Origin: the human T2T-CHM13v2.0 reference genome, Homo sapiens
DNA length: 64,000 bases
NCBI RefSeq assembly: GCF_009914755.1
Contig: NC_060926.1
Direction: 5' to 3' (one strand)
Below the pieces are notes generated by a model. It made no database searches, was not told the origin of the DNA, and was given only the letters and a program-made list of their open reading frames with translations. Position 1 is the first letter of the stretch. Every line of letters begins with the position of its first letter. Positions 47,837 to 61,274 of this stretch are shown here, one piece after another. The position numbers and the translations under genes are program-made.

Positions 47837-49889
47837 TGATAAATTGGTGGAAAATGCCCCTTATTGACTATTTTTTTGAGGCTGTATTATATAACTCTTT
47901 AATGTATTCACGTAGTCAAAAAACACAATAAAATTCCTTTAATCAGATTACAGTCTACAGACTAAACAACTGAGATTCAGTCATTTAATTAACTGACATC
48001 CCTTCTTCTAACCCACTTGTCGACTATTTTTAAGGTGATTGTATTTTCCCAGAAAGTACTGAAAAACATACAGGAAGGGACATGGGAGTACGATAACCTA
48101 ACTTTCAACCTTGGCTTTGATATTTTCTTGCTAAATGGACTTTGACAAGTTACTTAACATTCTGTAAAATATTGATTATGAAAGAAGTAAAAGGTATTCT
48201 TGAAAAGGGTTTTATCTGGGGACAGATGGCGGGAATGCTGCCTCTGGTGGCCTCCTGTTGGGGTCAGATGCATATAGTGCATTGAAAAGGCCATGGGAAA
48301 ACTTTTCTAGTTTTCCTAGTCAGCCTGGCTGTAAAGCCCATCTTCTACTTTCTGCCCCTGCTGCCAACCATTTCCCAAACCACCCTTCTCTTTACACCTA
48401 GTCAGGGGTGATTCCTTCATTGCCAGACCACATGGCATTATTGGGAAGTGGCCAGGAGAGGAGGACTCCCTTTTAACCATAGATGCCAGGGTAGGGAATA
48501 TGTGCTTGAGGGGAGGGAAAGGAAATGGATATTTTCAATCTCATATTAGATTAGACATGAAATATATTTTACCATAGGAACAATCTCTGGATGGTAATTA
48601 GGTTTCCTGGTTATTCAATTAAAGCCTATTCATAATTTTGCCAGATATTTACAATATTTTATATGCAAATAACAGTGTATTTCAGTAACATTTTGGGTTC
48701 AATAGGCCTTGAAGAATTAGTGTGAAAGCTTAACTGTCATTTTTAACACCGCTTCTGTGAGAAATACGAGATCAGTACTTAGCACTCCAAGAAATAGTTT
48801 CTCTCGTCTCTAATTCAGCTTAACAAATATAGCGTTCACTGATCATCTAGTGAAGAGGGAATGAGGCAGCTGAAAGAATCCCATTTCCTCTCTGAAGTTT
48901 AGCAGAACTCTTTTAGCTACTGATTATAAGATCACAACGTACTTGAGGCCATGGGCCATTTCTTTCCTTCATTTGTGTTCCCCTTCCCCCTGAACAACTT
49001 ATCACATAGTATGAGCACGTTGTAGATGTTAATGTATACATAGATTAGATTTGAAATTGGTAATGACCTCACTGTCAATGGAAAATAGGACACTGATCAT
49101 CCATACCATACAGTGACAAAACATTTCTTAAATGATCAGCTTTTGTTGCTGGTAACCAGGTGCCTCTCAGCAGCAAGGCTTAAGAGATGAAGTAACTGGT
49201 GCAATAAAATATTATAGTGGAAATTATGAGCACGAAGGCCATGGGAAAGGTTCTGCTTGCACTAGAAACTACCTAAAAGACTGTCTTGTTTCTTGTACCA
49301 GTGGGGCTGAAATAGCCAAAAAACAAACCTAAATTTGCTTCTACAGCTTTCAGCATTACAGTGCAGCCTTTCTAGGCATAGGTTAGTAGAGTGGGATCCT
49401 GTGAATGGAAATATTTGGGTAGGTTCTAATGAATCCAACTACAAATCCTTCACTTGTGTTTCCCTTCCTCCAAAGAAATCTATCACATAGTATAAGCACA
49501 TTGCGGATGTTAACATACACATAGATTAGACTTGAAATCAGTAATGGCCTCACTATCAATGGAAAATAGGATACTGATAATTTGTACAATGTAATGACAA
49601 AACATTCCTTAAAATATCACCAATTGTTGCCTGAATTAACAAACTCCACTGAGTCTTAGTTGTTAGTAGGAGCAGTCCTCCTCTTCCATCTGATAACCTG
49701 TAATAATTTCACCTGAGGTGGTTTATTTGCAGGAAGATGACGAATCTCCTAAATGTTAATTCTCACTACTTATCACTTCCAGACCCTGACCTATTCCATA
49801 ATTAGGTTCAAATCCTCAAAGACCTCAAGGAAGATGGGGAAAGAGAAACATTAGAAAATATGCACGATGGTTGCAGTCTACACAATTTA

Positions 49890-51120
49890 TGAGGCCATAG
49901 TAGGTATTTGTAACTCCCTCTTCCACTTCCCTTCCCATGCTCCCTTTGCTCAGTTATCATTTTAGCTAGGTGTTATTATTTATCAGTCAGAGTGACCTGA
50001 ACCTTCATTCCTGAAATATCTGAACCATTGTGGTTCTTGCTTGGCTTGGTTTGCTCTAATCTTGTAAATTTTACCATGGATATGGAAGGAATTGCTCAGA
50101 TATGGATATGAAAGGAGTTGCTCAGAGAATGTCTTGCCTTTGAGACATGGTCTTCCCTCTGTTTTGTAGTACCACCACTTTTCCCACTTTATGATTAGGA
50201 TTAATTGTCCCAGCGAATACAGTAATCCCTTTCTTTCCTTGTTGGTTCAGTGCCTTGAAGACCTCAAAGTGGCTGATGTGGCAGTCTCAGCTTCCATTCA
50301 AAGGAACCCTTCTAGTGTTTCCTGGAAAAAGTATTCCTTCCATGGAAACTAAGAGCACAACATTGTGAGGTTGGAAACAAAAGTTATGTGAGTAGGTCAT
50401 TAGGAATAATAATGGAACCACCAATACTTTTACACTTTCATTTTCAGATCTAAGTATTCTGGCTATGGAAGAAATAGCATTATATATTAGTTGCTGGCTT
50501 GGGAAATATACAATAACTTGTGGGACAGCAACCTAGTCTTACAAGTGGCAACATAAGTTGTCAATAGATTATTCTACCATTTAATCAAGTCAGATTTTTC
50601 CAACAGACATGAAACCATTTCTTCAACTCAGATTCCTTAAATCTCTCATCAGTGAGACTAGCCAGATCATAGTGGGAGAAAAGAATCCTATGTTCTTAAG
50701 CCCACACGTGATCAACATGCCCGTTGCTAGGGCCAAAGTGTTCATGGGCCCATTGTACAAGCGCCAGGGTAGCTAGGGGAGGCAGCTAACTGGCATCCAC
50801 AGGATTGGCCATACTCTTTACTTGATTACTGAGAATCTGTTTTACAGTGGATGCCTTTTAGTAAGCATTAATTTGGGACACAGATATTCTCACTCTGCTT
50901 ACTCTGAGAGGCCCGTCCTAAAACTCTTCCTCAGGCCTCCCTTTAACCATTCCTCAAATTCTGTTTTCCAACCCGCTGACTCCTTGGCCAAAGTGCCACT
51001 TGCCTGTGAATCAATGTCGATCTCTACTTCTGTCTGTCTTCCAGTTAGGTTTTGAATCATACATCATGAACCCTTCCACCCTGAGGTCTTTCCACCCTGC
51101 TCAGGGGCATCCTCAGAGCA
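49890..51120 (-). mobile_element. Degenerate ERVL/MaLR internal (pol/integrase-like) remnant
   Basis: Nucleotide resemblance to ERVL internal sequence only; no intact ORF. Confidence 0.45.
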
Positions 51121-54100
51121 GGCTCTATAGTGTTCCCAATTGGTCATGAAACCAATAAACCTCTATAACCTTTCTAGTCAGAATGGGACAATCTTCTATC
51201 TTGTTCTTTTTACTTAAAGCCCTCTTCTCCCTTCCTTCTCCAGGGCTCCTACCATAATCTTTTGTATAAAAGATAAGGAGTTTTAAAACCTCAGATGGCT
51301 TAAGTTTTCCCCATGCAAAAAATTCCGGACACACACAAAAAAGTAGAAAAGAACCTGGCTACCTGCTTGAATAATTGGAGAGGAAAAAATTACAGAGATC
51401 ATCCCTGAAACACTGTAAAGTATGTATAGCTGATATTATTATACCTATTTTAAAGATGGCAGAAAGGAAATGTGGAAGGAGTAAAGTGACTTTGCCAAAG
51501 CTTCCATAACTACCTAAGAATATGATCAGGGACCAGGATTATGCCTTCTGGTACAGTGAGAGGAGAGTGAATGCACAAACCCCATGATCGTGATATGTCT
51601 GGGGACCTCTGATTTAAGGAGTGGAGAAAGAGAAGTATTGATTGGTAGAAGAAAAATGAAGATGCAAAGAGCACTCATGAGTGGGTGGTCCCAGAGCTCT
51701 GAGTAGAGGGTAAGAATCAGAGTCAGGCCTTCCAGAAAATCCCAGTATAAGGTCCTTTACCATCGTTTCCTTTTTGTCCCTTTGCTTAGTACATTATCAA
51801 CAAGTTTTAGAGGCAAAGAATGGAAAAGGACGTAAAAAGAATATCCAAATAAATATTTCAAAAAGATTAAAATAGAGATGTGGAACATAGGTAACCTAGT
51901 GAAGGACAGAACTACTTAACATTCCAAAAATAAATTTGAGTCAGATACAAAGTTGTATAAACTCATAAAGGCTAAAGAAAAAAAAAGTATCATGTTAATA
52001 TCAATTAGAAATTCTCTCTTCGGCAAAATTGAGTTTTAGTTAACTAGATCAAGTGAATATTTTAAAATCAGTGTAAGAGATTTTTCCTGGACATCTCATT
52101 TTGTGTGTTATAGATACTTTTATTAGTTGTAACAGAAAACTCCACTGATGGAAACAGGCCCAAGAATTGAGGAGACATCTTTACATTCTGGTAATCCCAG
52201 CTGTGTGACCTAAAGCAAGTCATTTAACCTCTCTGGGCCAAAGGCCTGTTTCATCAATTATGAAGTAAGGAGGTTATGCTAAATGTCCTCTAAGCGTTCT
52301 CCCAGCTCTCAAAATCAGTTTTTCTATGAAAATTTTAGTTATTCTCATGGAAGCCCTGACTTAGGTTTTTAGTTTAAAAGATAGGCTCCAGCAGGGGTCA
52401 CTATAGCCACATCGAGCTTTGAGTCCAATGCTCTTTCATGTTGTAGTTGATTGTGTGCAAATCACAGTTACCCTTTGTCTTGATTTTTCCATCTGAGACA
52501 TAGACTCTCTTTGTACCTAAATGTAATCCAAATCGATCTTCAAATGTACTCAGCATGTCCATTTCAACTAGGTTTTGTTGTTGCTGTTTTTGTTCTCTGA
52601 TTCTTTTCATTTATTTATTTATTTATTTTTACGCTGAAATTGGAGATCATTTACTTCCTTTGACTCTGGGGTCCTTCAGAAAAATATATTTTATTTGATT
52701 AGCTATGTTTAATTTTTTGCCTCTGAGAACTGTGATGAGTAAGTATATTTCTTTAAATATATGAGATTACATTAAAACAAAACACAAAATTCAGTCCTAT
52801 CCTGAAGGTTTTTAAAAATTCTATGTACACCTGAAAAATGTATTCAGCTCCTTTAGAACCCCTTTTTGAAAATTCTAGAATTCTTCTAATGGCTTCTACT
52901 CCTCCATAGTTAACTTGCTACGTACATGAAGCCAGAATAGACTAGTTCATATATCCAAGAGCAGGGTAAGGATTTCAACGCCAGTTCTAATTTCAATATT
53001 ACATGTTTTTGCCCTAAAAACTTAGTGACTGTACATACACCATAAAGAATTTGAGGATCACTGTTGATGCTCAAAGGTAGACATTCAGCAAAGTGTTACT
53101 CCCGAAAAACCACAGGACTCCCCAGAGTCCTAAGTTTTAAGAGTAAGTCTTGAGTCTTACGTCCTAAGTCTTAGGACTCTTGAGGACTATGATTCAATTT
53201 AGGACTACTCCAGAGGGGTTCAGTCTGCCCCAAATGCCCTCCACAAATTCCATATACTATGCAAAACCTAACACTGGTTCAATTGTGCTAGGAGTCAAGG
53301 AGAGTTAACTTCTTACACCATGCAGAGCAGTGTTTCTAGTCCTTTGGCCTGGTATATATGCCCCTTTCCCCAAACTACTCTACTTAACCTAGAGTAGTTC
53401 TTGTAGGTGTATGGTGTGCAAATGTAATCTCATTGTCCCTTTTTTCTCCTTATAACTACCTGCCTGCTCCTTTGGGAGAGACTGATATTACCCTTTTCAA
53501 TTGCAGCACTCCTGCTGCTGCTGCCATTTCCAATATTATTGTGTTAAAGTCCTCATCTAGGCAGGTAGTTGGGTTTATTTCTAGTTGTTAGCAAGCGAAG
53601 AAAGCCTTCTATACACTCCTTTCACAGTAAGTAGGGGATGGCCTGGTGACAAACACAGTGAAAGTGATGGTGTATGACTGCTGAGACTAGGTCATAAAGG
53701 GCATTGCAGCTTCTGCCTTGGTCTCTTGGATTGCTCACTGAGAGCCAGCTGCCATGCCTCAAACAGTGCCATGGAGAAGATCTGAGGCCTCCTGTCAATA
53801 GCCAGCACCAATTCGCCAGGCACATTAGTGAGATAGCTTCAAAGCAGATTCTTCCCAAGTGGATTGAGTCTCCTCTCCAGACTTCTTCAGAACAGTCTTT
53901 TTTCTACTTATGTATAGCCTCAAACAACCACCTCAGTCTTGATTTTATATAACCAAGTTAGCTGCCATAGCTAACTGATCACGTGTCTTTGAGTCCTAGC
54001 CTGTGTAAGGTTTGTATCCCTTGCCTGATCATGTGTGAAAGATGGAGGTACATAGTTCAGACAAGGCTCTGATAAAAGGCAGAAGGTGACTCCCAGGGAA

Positions 54101-54902
54101 AAGTGTGTGAGCTGAACAGGTCCCTCAAATGGTTTCTATCAATGTCCTGTCCTACTTCTCCCCTACCACTAGTACTTTCTTATCACAGTACTAATACTTA
54201 GCGCACTGTAGTCTAATTGCCTGCTTATTTTTAATGTCCGCTCTTTTCTGTAGGCTCCTGAAGGGCATGGACTCTAGCTTATTACAGACATACCCTGGCA
54301 TCTAGCACAATACCTGGCACATAATAGGTAATAACATAAATTTTGTTGTAATAAATGAATAACTTTGTTTCAAAGGTGTAAGCCTTATAAAAAGACTTTG
54401 ATATTTTTACTGTAGAGTTGCTAACACATTAATAGAAGAACCATCCACACAATTTGAGAACTGAATTTTACTGTTTACCAGTTGACACTTTGCTTCATAT
54501 TTCTAAGAATAGGAAATGCCTATAAAGTTCAACAATATACTGCCTTTAAAAAGAAACTTTCTAATGCCATGTAAATCAGATAACTTGTCAGCACGTCAGT
54601 GGCACATGTCTACATTCAGGGACTGAAACAGAAACTCATTTTAAATTTAATTCTAAAAGACTGAAAAATATTATTACAGAAAGTTCCAGTTTGACACATA
54701 TGAATTTATTTCAGAAAGTCTGCTATCTCACAGGAATTCTAACACTAGGATACTTTGATAATAACTGAAAGGAATTTATTCAAACTGTACTAAAATATGC
54801 TACAAGAGTGACCTACTTTTGAAAGTAAAGAACTGTTTCCTATGTTTCTTAAAGTAGAAGAGAACTTATTTGTATCAAATTAGTAGTTTATCCTCTTTTG
54901 TT

Positions 54903-54904
<2 letters not shown>

Positions 54905-54934
<30 letters not shown>
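54905..54934. repeat. (CA)n microsatellite
   Basis: Seen directly. Confidence 0.97.
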
Positions 54935-54936
<2 letters not shown>

Positions 54937-55551
54937 GTAGCCCAAATAGAACCATTTTAAGAACTGAAGAGGCCATGTAATTTACTTTATTGATTACAAA
55001 GCCTAATTGATTGTGTAAATTATGTCTTAAATTTCTAGAGGCCAAACTTTCGATCTTGAGTTTGTACCAGAATATCCCTGTGATCCCTTTCAACTACAGA
55101 ATTTTAGGATTCTAATTATAAACACAGAAAATATAAATGTGCTTAAAATTCTTGGTTTCTAAAATAGTTTTTAATACTTGAAATAATATGATTACAAAGT
55201 AATACATATTCATCACAGAAAATTTATAAAATATAGAAAACACAAAGCCAAAACTAAAAATCACTCATAATTCCTTTATTCAGGAGTAATTAATATTAAT
55301 ATTTTTGTTTATCTACTCAGTAAATAAACAAATTGACTGACTACAATATCTTCCTCAGAAATTAAATATTTTTACACATTTTTAAATGACTTATCATTAA
55401 ACATGACTATACTATATTGTATTATGTTATGTTAATATATGGCAATTTATTTCATTAATATTCTACAGTAGGACACTTAGATTCTTTCAGATTTTTGTTA
55501 TAATAATATTCAAAACACATACTTAATGGCAAATCTTTTTGTAAATATGTG

Positions 55552-55978
55552 TGTGGAGGCTAAAGCAAAATTATCTGGATGCTAATTTGTCATGTTGACT
55601 GCTGATTAACTCCAGTTCCAAGAAGGCCTCTAAGATTTCCAGTTTATTGATTGTTCCTTGTGTAAGAGAATGTACTTACTGTAAATCCTGCCCTTAGGTC
55701 AAAATGACCTTGATATTATACATCAATTGTCCTACACATTCCTTCTGAATCACACATATCTTTTCCTTATGTTCTATAAGTCCTGGGTCTCGGGGGTAAG
55801 GGCACAGGGATCCACCGTTTTGTCTTGCCACTCCTGAGACACAGGCATGGTTTCTGTTCCTAAGTCCCTATCAAATGTTTCTTTCTGAGAAACTGGGTTT
55901 GTCAGCCTCTTTCTTTGGCCTCTCTGCTTCCTTGGACTTTCTGGGGTAGGTTTGCATAGACCTGTCCACCTCAGAACA
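55552..55978 (+). mobile_element. Solo ERV1 LTR (MER41/LTR26-like)
   Basis: TG...CA termini, tataag box, 5-bp TSD-like atgtg/atatg. Confidence 0.7.
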
Positions 55979-56512
55979 ATATGTATATGTACTATTTAAA
56001 AACATACACATTAATACACATATTTTTAAGAATCTGAGTCAATTTTCCAAATTATCATTCAGAAAGATGTAGTGATTTAGAAGTCTAACAGAAGTATTCA
56101 AAAGTTCCTGTTTCCCCCAAATCCTTGCCAGTCCAGAATAATAGCCTTTTAAGAAATCATTGTCGGTCTGATCTGTGAAAAATATTATTTCCTTGTTGTG
56201 AGGATAATTTTATACCAGATCAAAGGAGAGGAGTAGGTATTAAAACTAGAGTTCTACTGACTAATTCTAAACTCTGTGAAGAGTTTTACTTACAGCGAGT
56301 CGATTGCTAGAAGCAGAGGAAAAGGGAAATACCAGAAATACCCTGTTGTAAATTTTTCTTTTTTAGTAATATAATAATTTATATTCATGAAGATGATGCT
56401 TTTCTGGACCACACGTCTGAAGAAACTTCAAACCATAGGTAGAAAGTATATAGTTAGTATAGCTATAAGTATCAGGGCACTAGATGAATGTTTACAGTTT
56501 AAAAAGTAATTA

Positions 56513-56891
<379 letters not shown>

Positions 56892-58314
56892 TTATAGCAG
56901 AAGTAGAGGAAAATAGAGTTTAGTTTAACATTATAGAAATAAAGATTTGTACTCTTGGCCTGGTAAAATTTTAAACTGTTGCCTCTAATAGGATAATGTT
57001 TTGCTCTCATATTTCCCCTTCTTCATCCATAATTTCATTTCATTTTGGATTATTTTTATTTATGTGATCTCTTCGCTTTCATTCAGTCTTTTGGGAATAT
57101 GACTTCTGCAATGTGAAGGTGAAATTTGCCCGTGTGTAATTTTGAAAGGTTGTTGATAGATTCCAAACACAGCTGTCAGTATATTTTTACTTTGGGAATT
57201 TCTTGCCTTGGTAGCTTGACCACAATCAGGAAGGTAGAAACATGGCTAGCAGCAGTCAGAGACGAAAGCAGTCTACTCACCCACTCACCTCCAACTTGGG
57301 CCAAGAAGGGCCTACCCTCTGTCCTCATCTGTCTTGTGACCAAGCACATGGTGCTGTTACGAAAGCAGCAGCTCTTTTATTAAGGACCAGAGCCTTGCAT
57401 TTTCTAAGGCCCCACACCCCTGCAAGAGTGTTTATCCTCTCCACAGCGACAGAGTAAGCTCCTAGGTTGCTTTAGTTTGACCTCCCACTATGTGGGAAAA
57501 GATTGGTAAATAGGAGTCTTGTGGCTGGAAAGCAAGATGAGTGGGCTTGAGCAACAGGAAAGTATATCTCCATTTGTAGGGATTTTCTAGGACATCATTT
57601 TCAGAGAAATAATATTTTTAAAGGTTTTTTTAAAAAGGGGAAACATGCTGTTTAAAGCATTCCCCTAGTGCCTTTAGTGTACCAGAAGTTTTGTGTATTA
57701 TTTCTGATCTTTTCAGCAGTCCTATGAGGCTGATACTGTTACTGCCATTTTGTAGATAAGAAAACTGAGCTTCTGAAAAGTTAAATCATTGGCTTAAAGT
57801 CACAGAGGTAAAAAAGGCCGTGATTGAAACCCAAGCCTGATTTATTACAAAATTCCTTACTCTTTCCATGCAGCTTAGGTTTTGCTTAAAAACAGCAGGG
57901 GAGTGGAGTTCAAAGTTTGCAAGTGTTTATTCTTCTATTTCTGTTTAGATATGCAGTATTACTTGATTTTTTATTTGAACCATGTTTTTCAGCAATCAAA
58001 GGATTTATTACAGGATGTTTTCCTGCCGGCAAAGTCTATTGAGCTGAATCACAAACACTGCCTTGCCTTCTGTCACTATTCATAATTTATAGATTGTTGG
58101 TTCCTCATTAGCATTATATCCAAGTCATGTATTTTGAACGATCCTTTCAAGGCTTTTGTAAGGATGATGAGGGAGAGGTGGGGCCAGGCATTTTATAGAT
58201 AACTTTAAGTAGGAAACAAATGATTACTTTATCTGGATATGGATCATTACAATTCTGCTGGTTCAAGAAAAATAGTATTCAAAGAAAGTGAGAGATAAGT
58301 TGAAAGAGTAAATA

Positions 58315-58602
58315 GGCCGGGCGCGGTGGCTCACGCCGGTAATCCCAGCACTTTGAGAGGCCGAGATGGGCGGATCATGAGGTCAGGAGTTCAAGACCAG
58401 CCTGACCAATATGGTGAAACCCCATCTCTACTAAAAATACAAAAATTAGCCGGGTGTAGTGGCCCATGCCTGTAATCCCAGCTACTCAGGAGGCTGAGAC
58501 AGGAGAATCCTTGAAACCAGGAGGCGGAGGTTACAGTGAGCCAAGATCACACCACTGCACTCTAGTCTGGGCGACAGAGCAAGACTCTGTCTCAAAAAAA
58601 AA
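58315..58602 (+). mobile_element. Alu (AluSg/Sp-like)
   Basis: Full dimer; TSD agtaaata. Confidence 0.97.
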
Positions 58603-58689
58603 GTAAATAACCAGGACAATGATCCATGAAAAGCACTAAATGTAATTGCTATAAATCAAGAAATTGAAAAATACCTTTGGTAATATCAG

Positions 58690-59051
58690 TGCAATGGAGT
58701 GAATGTTTATGTCCCTCCCAAAATTCAGATGCCAAAATCTGAATCCCTGATGTGATGGTATTTGAAGGTGGGACTTTTGGGAGGTGATTAGGTCCTGAGA
58801 GTGACCTCACGAGGGGGATTAGCGCCATTATGATGGACACTCCAGAGAGCTGTCTTATTTCTTTCTACCATGTGTGAACACAATGAGAAGACAGCAGTCT
58901 GCAGCCTGGAAGAGGACCCTCACCAGAACCTGACCATCTTAGCACTGTGTTTTGGACTTCCAGGCTCCATAACTGTGAGAAATAAATTTCTGTTGTTTAT
59001 CAGCTACCCAATCTATAGTACTTCGTTATAGCAGCCCAAATGGACTGACAC
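58690..59051 (+). mobile_element. MaLR solo LTR (MLT1A/B-like)
   Basis: tgcaatggagtgaatgtttatgtccc...gagaaataaatttctgttgttta...gcagcccaaatggactgacaca. Confidence 0.85.
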
Positions 59052-60023
59052 AATCAGAAACATATATGGTGGGAACTCAGGATTCAATCAGAGAAGAAGA
59101 GTGGATGTATACATTTCTATATTGTCTTATAGTGTATTATATATGATATACACAAAGGAATTTATCACAATAATTTGACTTTATGTAACTGGGGAGTCTC
59201 TGTAAGGCTGCTGTCTTCACATCTGATGATGGAACTTGTAAGTCTACAAGACAGGTAGGTGAGAAGGAAAGATAGATGTAAAGAAAGGGGGAGCAAGAAC
59301 AAGCTGGACCCCACAAGCATAAATAAGGTGGAGCCCACAGGACAGACTGAAACCACATCAGTTCTTGTCTTAGACCTCGGTGGTGTGGGTGGCCTATAGA
59401 AGCTGGGCTTTTCTTCATGGAGCTAAACACCCATCCTGGTCTCAGGAGTCAAAGAAGCTGAAGGAGTATCTAGGAAAAGGTGAGGCAGTTTTGGTAGTGT
59501 CCACGGCCTCTAATACTTCCTAGATAAGTGACAACATGGTTGGGCTGCAAAATGGCTGCCACTTCATGTCTGCCCTCCATGTCTCCCACGAAAGTCTCCT
59601 GTGGCCCAACCTAACAAGAGAAACATACAGGAAAGGGAAACTTGAGAATTTAGTTCAGGCTAGCCATGTTGGTACATTACAAAGTTACCACAGTAAAAGA
59701 AATGATTATTATGTGTATAGCACTAGAATAAAATGGACAAAATGCTTTTGGCCAAAATAGAATGAACTCTTCATGAGATGAATTCAGATGCCTTCTGACT
59801 AACGTAACACACAGCCCTTCTTTTTAGGGGTCTTGCTGTCTCCCTGCACCTTTAGCAGGTATGAAGCCTAGGTCATATAGCCCTATTTCAGGGAGTTTGC
59901 TGCCTGTCTGTGTGTTGGCCTGGAGAGCATGGTGCTGGGCTTTTTTTGCTGCTGTTAACTAATATTCATGCTATCATTGACTCTGCTCTCATATTGCTTC
60001 CCTTTCTTCTTCCCTGATAAGTG

Positions 60024-60406
60024 ATGTTTTAGTCCATGTATGCTACTATTACAAAATATCACAGATTAGATCATTTATTTTTAAACAATGTATTTTCTCA
60101 CAGTTCTGGAGGCTGGGAAATCCAAGATCAAGGCACCAGTAGGAGTCAGTCCTCTCAAACTCTGCTGTGGCTGTGTATAATATCTAGTGAGGGCCTGTTC
60201 CATCTATGTCATCTTCTCATGGCATCCTCACATGGTGGAAGACAGAAAGGCGAGAGACAGCCCAACTCTCCCTCGGATCCCATCCATGAGGGCAGAGCCC
60301 TTGTGGTTCAGTCACTTCCTAAAGGCCCCACCTCTTGATACTGTTACACTGGGATTAAGTTTTAATGTGCATTTTGGCGAGAGACACAAACATTCAAACC
60401 AGAGCA
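60024..60406 (-). mobile_element. MaLR solo LTR (MST/MLT1-like)
   Basis: tgttttagtcc...ctcacagttctggaggctgggaaatccaagatcaagg...acattcaaacca. Confidence 0.85.
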
Positions 60407-60436
60407 ATTCCCTTCTCAAATTTCCAAGTCTCAAAA

Positions 60437-60727
60437 TTTTTTTTTCAAATTTTAAGTTCAGGTGTACATGTGCAGAATGTGCAGGGTTGTTACATAGGTA
60501 AATGTGTGCCATGGTGGTTTGCTGCATAGATCAACCCATCACCTAGGTATTAAGCCCAGCATCCATTAGTTATTCTTCCTGAGGCTCTCCCTCCCCCTAA
60601 CCCCTACCCCAACAGGCCCCAATGTGTGTTGTTTCCCGCCATGTGTCTATATGTTCTCATCACTGAGCTCCCACTTATCAGTGAGAACATACAGTGTTTG
60701 TTTTTCTGTTCCTGCATTAGTTTGCTG
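60437..60727 (-). mobile_element. L1PA 3' end fragment
   Basis: Poly(T), then ttttaagttcaggtgtacatgtgcag...gtgagaacat...cctgcattagtttgctg. Confidence 0.92.
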
Positions 60728-61236
60728 GTGGATGGTCTTGCCTAGATATTGATGGCAGCTGACTGATCAGGGTGGTAGTTGCTGATGGCTGGAGTACCTG
60801 TGGCAGTTTCTTAAAATGAGAAAACAATGAAGTTTGCCACATAGATTGACTTTTCCTTTCACAAAAGATTTCTCTGTAGCATGCAGTGCTGTTTGATAGC
60901 ATTTTACCCATCAAACTTCCTTCATTTTACCCTTAGAACTTCTTTCAAAATTGGAGTCAATCCTCTCAAACTCTGCTGCAACTTTGTCAATTAAGTTTAC
61001 GGAATGTTCTAAATTCTTTCTTTTATTTCAACAATGTTCACAGCATCTTCATCAGGAGTAGGTTCTATCTCAAGAAACCAGTTTCTTTGTTCATTCATAA
61101 GGGGCAAGTCCTCACTAAGTGTGGTGGCTCATGCCTGTAATCCCAGCACTTTGGGAGGCCAAGGTGAGAGGATCACTTGAGCCCAGGAATTAGGACCAGC
61201 CTGAGCAACACAGTGAGAGCTGGTTTCTACCAAAAA

Positions 61237-61274
<38 letters not shown>

